From NCBI GenBank assembly GCA_020137815.1, contig CM035351.1, forward strand, positions 9,610,001-9,674,000: a stretch of 64,000 nucleotides of DNA, given 5' to 3'. Position 1 is the first letter of the stretch, and every line of letters starts with the position of its first letter. This DNA comes from Hormiphora californensis. Its lineage: Eukaryota > Animalia > Ctenophora. The translations under genes and the position numbers were made by a program. Below are positions 59,322 to 64,000 of the stretch, one piece after another. The notes under the pieces are model-generated. The model saw only the letters and a program-made list of their open reading frames with translations, did not search any database and was not told where the DNA came from.

Positions 59322-61784
59322 ATGAAGAAGTTTATTAAAAAGTTAGTAGCTGATGTTAAATTCCATGATGCGGGACCTGGACACCGATTAGCTGATGATC
59401 AGCAACCTAGACCTTCCTCCTCCTCAGCCCCTGTTGTAGCCAGTAGAGTGACCCAAACTGGGGCTGCACAGACTGCCGGTGCTGCTGCTCTAGCCAGATT
59501 AGAGGTTACCAGCAATACCAGACCTAAAAGTGGCCAACTAGAGCTGAAACGTCAGATAGTGGTGAGTCAATTACCACATACTCTCATTGTAACTTCCCTC
59601 CTCTTTACCACTTTAACATATCGCCTGTAAACCTATCTATCCCTCAGAAAGAACGTCAGAGATCTGTTGAAGAGGTAGCGACAGGACCACCCCGTCAGCC
59701 AGAGGTTATCAGTCAACTAGGACTACGGATGATCTGCCCAATATGCAAAATATCTCTTCCTAAACCTGAAATGGGATCTCATTTTGAAGAATGTCTGGAA
59801 AAGGTATGTACTACTACTGCTACGGGGGGTACGTCACCTTTTTTTTTGCCCACTGCCCACATTATTCTTAAATTTTGAATTTGCCCACATGGGCAAAAGT
59901 GGGCAAAAGTAGGCAAAAGTAGGCAAAAAATTTAAATCCATAAAAAATATATGCTATCAACCAGTCAATCGTCTGTGACAAAGGTTTTTCACCACCAAAG
60001 TCCTCCTAGAGGTCCCCCCTATCGATTCCAACCGATAATTTATTTGCTCAGGGTTGATAAGGCTCCATATCCAACTGGGAAAATGGGCAAAATATGTTGG
60101 CAAAATTAGGAAAATTGGTCATTTTAGGCACGTTTCTCACATGGTTGGAGTGGAAAATTTTTCTGATTTTTCTGGGACCCCATTGGAGTACAATGCAAGT
60201 GGAAAACCTTTGTTATGTATCAGTTCCCTAAATAGCCCCAAAATGACGAAAAATCACTGGCCTTTGCCCAATTTTGCCAAATTTTTTTGCCCACTTTTGT
60301 CCAGTCGGACATGGAGCCTTATCAACTCTAAGTCATAAGTAAGTACATTAATTATCGGTTGGAATCGATAGAGGGGACCTCTTGGAAGACATTGGAGGTG
60401 AAAAACATTTGTCACAGAGGGTTTTCTGGTAAAATTTTGATGCTTATAATATTTTTGCCCACTTTTTGCCCACTTTGCCCACATTATACCTGTTTTTTGA
60501 GATTTTGGTTTGCCCATGTGGGCAAATGTGGGCAAAAGTGGGCAAAATAAAAGGTGACGACCCCCCCACTGCTACACCCCCCTCCCCCAGCAACTACTGC
60601 AGCAGCTTACTACCGTGGGCCAGCATCCCTTGTAGTAACACGCCTCCTCTCCCCAGCAATTAGAGATTGACCCCCTGTCCACTACATGTACAATGGTTCA
60701 CACCCTCAACTCTGGTGACCTTCTAGCTGCTGGTGTAAAGACCCTGTCAACCATCATCAACAACATTGTCGCAAATCCGGCTGAGGAGAAATACCGCAAA
60801 TTGAGGGTCAATAATCCAGCTGTTCAGAAGAAAGTGGTGCCACTAGTGGGTGGCATTGAGTTCTTGGAGATAGCCGGATTTACTCGTATCACTGATGAAG
60901 CAGGTAAATTAGCAACCGAACCACCAGACGGTGTGAGCCACTGCACAAACCGAGTGTGGACCGTGGGAGCGCGGTTGAATGTTGAGAGTTTGCGTAGCGC
61001 GCGGCGACCGACAAACTAATAAGACGACGCTCCGGTTCGCAATAGCTCCAGAAAACTAACGCGCAACGTCTCCCAGCTTTTCGGGCGCGTCATGTGTATT
61101 TGTACATTTCATATGTACACTCAAATATAATACATTTTCAGATGGTCAGGAGTTGTTCATACTGTTAGAAATCTCTGGCGATGGACACCTGGAAAAGTGT
61201 GTCTCAGCCCTACAATCTGCTTCTAAACTTGCACCAACACTTGATAGGGATATCAGAGTTCTACAACCTAGTACCGGACTACAACGGTTCGAAGTTTCAT
61301 CTGATTTCTACAGAGTGACAAGGGAAGATTTGGCTGCAGAACAACAGAGGAGGGTATCAGATCTAGATAGAAGCGAGACGTTACGTACCAAGATGATGAG
61401 AGATAGAGATGCAGGCATTGGGATGAGGATATATCACTATACTGTCATTAGAGTTCGCTTCCCAGATGGTATCTACCTGCAAGGTAAACACTTGTACTAT
61501 TGGTTATATTCGCACTGTTGTAACAACTAATTTCACCCATTATTCCAGGTACCTTCAGTGCACATGACACTGTTGAATCAGTTTTCAAGTTCGTGGAATC
61601 TTCCCTTCGTCACCCAGTTCCCTTCTCCCTAATCATTCCGGGTTCATCTGCATTGAAAAGAGACACTACTCTCTTAAAGAACGCCGGGCTAGTACCATCT
61701 GGAGTTGTTACTTTGTCAACTACAGAAACTCCAGAATTTACACTTCTTTCAGATGAACTCGTTTGTAGACTGTCAGAAATGTAG
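59322..61784 (+). CDS. UBXN6: UBX domain protein 6 (PUB + UBX, p97 cofactor)
   Basis: MKKFIKKLVADVKFHDAGPG, PUB domain INNIVANPAEEKYRKLRVNN, LRTKMMRD..YHYTVIRVRFPDGIYLQGTF, GLVPSG. Confidence 0.92.
59824..60567. mobile_element. MITE in UBXN6 intron, G-run TIR, 8-bp TSD
   Basis: TIR GGGGGGTACGTCACCTTTT / AAAAGGTGACGACCCCCCC. ACTGCTAC at 59816-59823 and 60568-60575. Subterminal TGCCCAC/GGGCAAAA repeats. Confidence 0.88.
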
Positions 61785-62025
61785 AATATAGATATATAGT
61801 TAGTTTCGGGGTTGGACACTTTTTGTAATTCTCTCCTTTGTTTATTTTGAATAGCTATTTGTTTATTGTATGCTTGTACAAATTGATAAATTGACGATTT
61901 TTCTGATACATGTATGAACCTTGATTTATGTCCCTAAAATCCTTGACCCGCCCCATGTACTAACCCACCGCCCCCTGTGCTAACCCACCGCCCCATGTTC
62001 TAACCCACCGCCCCTCTACTATAGG

Positions 62026-62436
62026 ATGGGTAGGATAATTAAGCCGGGCAAGATCGTCCTTGTTTTGAATGGCAGGAACGCAGGCAGGAAGGCCGTGATC
62101 ATCTCCAATCAGGACGAGGGAGCTGGAGACCGACAGTACGGACATGCCCTTGTAGTTGGCATTGAGAGGAACCCCAAACCCATTACCAAGAGCATGGGAA
62201 AGAAGAAGCAGAACAAGAGGAACAAACTGAAGCCCTTCGTCAAGGTGTACAACTGTAACCACCTCATGCCCACTCGATACGTCCTGGACCTCCCTGTTGA
62301 CAAGGAAATCTTCAACAAGAACGCCATCAAGGACCCCGCTCAGAAGAGGAAAGCCCTCGCCGCAGTTAAGACAAAGCTGGAGGAGAAGTACAAGACCGGC
62401 AAGACGAGATGGTTCTTCCAGAAACTGAGAATTTAA
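62026..62436 (+). CDS. RPL27: 60S ribosomal protein L27 (eL27), intronless CDS
   Basis: [47 protein letters not shown]. Confidence 0.98.
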   Translation: MGRIIKPGKIVLVLNGRNAGRKAVIISNQDEGAGDRQYGHALVVGIERNPKPITKSMGKKKQNKRNKLKPFVKVYNCNHLMPTRYVLDLPVDKEIFNKNAIKDPAQKRKALAAVKTKLEEKYKTGKTRWFFQKLRI

Positions 62437-62539
62437 AAAATTTTATCCTCGTTTTTTATTTATCAGGAAAGCTATCGTCGTTTCATTTTCAAGTAAAAAC
62501 CTCCCCTTTCCTAACCGTTATCCCTCCTTTGTAGCTGCG

Positions 62540-62782
62540 ATGCAGAACGACAAGGGTGAGATTGTTGACCTATACATCCCAAGGAAATGTTCCATCACCA
62601 ACAGGATCATCAGCGCTAAGGACCACGCCTCTGTTCAGATTAATATCGGAGAGCTTGACAATAACGGTGTCCTCACAGGCAAGAACTTCACCTTCGCCAG
62701 TTGCGGCTTCGTCAGAGAAATGGGAGAGGCTGATGACTCCTTCAACAAGCTTTGCCTTGATGCCAAGATCCTGAATTTCTGA
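62540..62782 (+). CDS. RPS21: 40S ribosomal protein S21 (eS21), intronless CDS
   Basis: [36 protein letters not shown]. Confidence 0.98.
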   Translation: MQNDKGEIVDLYIPRKCSITNRIISAKDHASVQINIGELDNNGVLTGKNFTFASCGFVREMGEADDSFNKLCLDAKILNF

Positions 62783-62884
62783 ACAGACACTGATTTTTAG
62801 TGATCTTTTTATTTTTATCTGATGAGATTTTGTGTTTCCATTTGTTCACCAAATGTGGTCTGAGGTTCCACTTATTTAGGATGG

Positions 62885-63087
62885 ATGGTAACGGTGGATA
62901 AGTGGCAGCTGGTTGCGGTGTGTATGTTGGTGGCAACCCTCCTGTGCCCAATTCTAAAACGAGGCATTTCGGGAATGGCGTGCAAACAGAACTGGTCCTT
63001 TCTAGGTCAGACAGACGCACAAAATCTTGACCTGGAACTGTTCAATGAATACCAGTACTCACTCGATCAACTGGTAGAATTGGCAGG
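62885..63087 (+). CDS. NAXE: NAD(P)HX epimerase (YjeF-N / APOA1BP), first exon only
   Basis: [30 protein letters not shown] followed by the donor gtatgg. Confidence 0.85.
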
Positions 63088-63141
63088 TATGGCCGTTCTA
63101 CTTCTTATCTTGGTGGTCGGTCTCTGTTTCTGTCTTCGCTC

Positions 63142-64000
63142 GGGGGGGGGGGGGGGGGGGGGGGGGGGCGACATGTTAATTGTTAATAAATCACCTCTTT
63201 TTTTCGATTTTGTTAATTAACGTTAATTAACAAAATTAACAAAATTAACAAATGCTAAAAACTGTTCTTATTGGTTGATAATACGATTTTAACTGGTTCA
63301 ATTTTATAGTTTAATGACTTACCTAACACATATACACCCAAACAAGGCCTTTTCCTATAACCAAGGTCCGACAATACAGCTTTTTTGGCTCAAAATCGAT
63401 AAAAATCCAAAAGTTGCAAATATTTCAATTTAGCGTATAAACACTCACTTAAACGTAATTTTTTTCATTTGTATTCGATTCTTTGGACTTAATAAGATGA
63501 TATACAACGTTTCTGTTGAAAAAAGAAATAAAATTTTTCCAAAATCAATTTTTTGGTCAAAGATTGAAAATTTGCTTCGGTACAAATCCTTGTGTTTTTT
63601 TAGAAAAATAGATTTTTTGGGATGTTTTTCGTTTTAAGGTAAATTCATGAGTCCTATTTAGTTTTAAGGGTTGGAAAATGTGGATTAGGGTCATTTGACT
63701 TCAATTGCGGTTTAGTTTGGCTAGTTTTTATTAAAATTTACACAATTGAACAAATCGCTGTAAAAAAGCCGTAGTAGAGGTAGTGGTGGTATGTAATTCG
63801 TGCAGATGGACCAACTTTGCTTGCAGAACAAGTGTTAAATACCAAAAACACGTGCTAAAGGGGATTTAGATCGCATAAATGGCATTTGTTAACGTTTGTT
63901 AACGTGTGTAGAGTGCGGTAATAAAGCACACTGTTTTCGATGTAATATTAGAGCAGGATAACAAAGATGTAACAGTGAGCCCCACTCTAGAGAGTCAGGG
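63142..64000. mobile_element. Probable further G-run-terminated DNA element in NAXE intron (other end not seen)
   Basis: Poly-G followed by AT-rich sequence with TTAAC repeats, similar to the starts of the two TSD-flanked elements. Confidence 0.35.

Noticed and set aside
54341-62782. Intronless RP genes as processed pseudogenes
   Set aside because: ORFs are intact, no poly(A) tails or TSDs are visible, and each is preceded by an acceptor-like site within a gene run.

Overview
Gene-dense eukaryotic (animal) genomic DNA with short GT-AG introns. The compact same-strand gene runs, acceptor-like sites just before start codons and nested intronic genes suggest an SL-trans-splicing invertebrate such as a ctenophore (inference only). 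In order: an apparently intact CR1/L2-type LINE (minus strand, inside a TTC7 intron) whose ORF1 fuses an AlkB-type 2OG-Fe(II) dioxygenase to an SGNH esterase-like domain; a + strand run TTC7, IARS1, CDC123 and a small RRM gene; an ankyrin-repeat TRP channel (-); two near-identical arylsulfatases (+); VWA8 (-) with two nested genes; a divergent promoter; and an operon-like + run RPL10, THOC5-like, AFG1L, UBXN6, RPL27, RPS21, NAXE. The main signals are four. (1) At about ten introns in five genes, a unit of branch point + 3' splice site + the first bases of the next exon is tandemly amplified 2 to about 40 times. (2) The AlkB-bearing LINE. (3) A 28-bp tandem repeat whose central ~1.3 kb has nearly every A replaced by C. 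(4) Operon-like organisation. All domain calls come from reading motifs by eye, and exon boundaries and copy counts are manual estimates.
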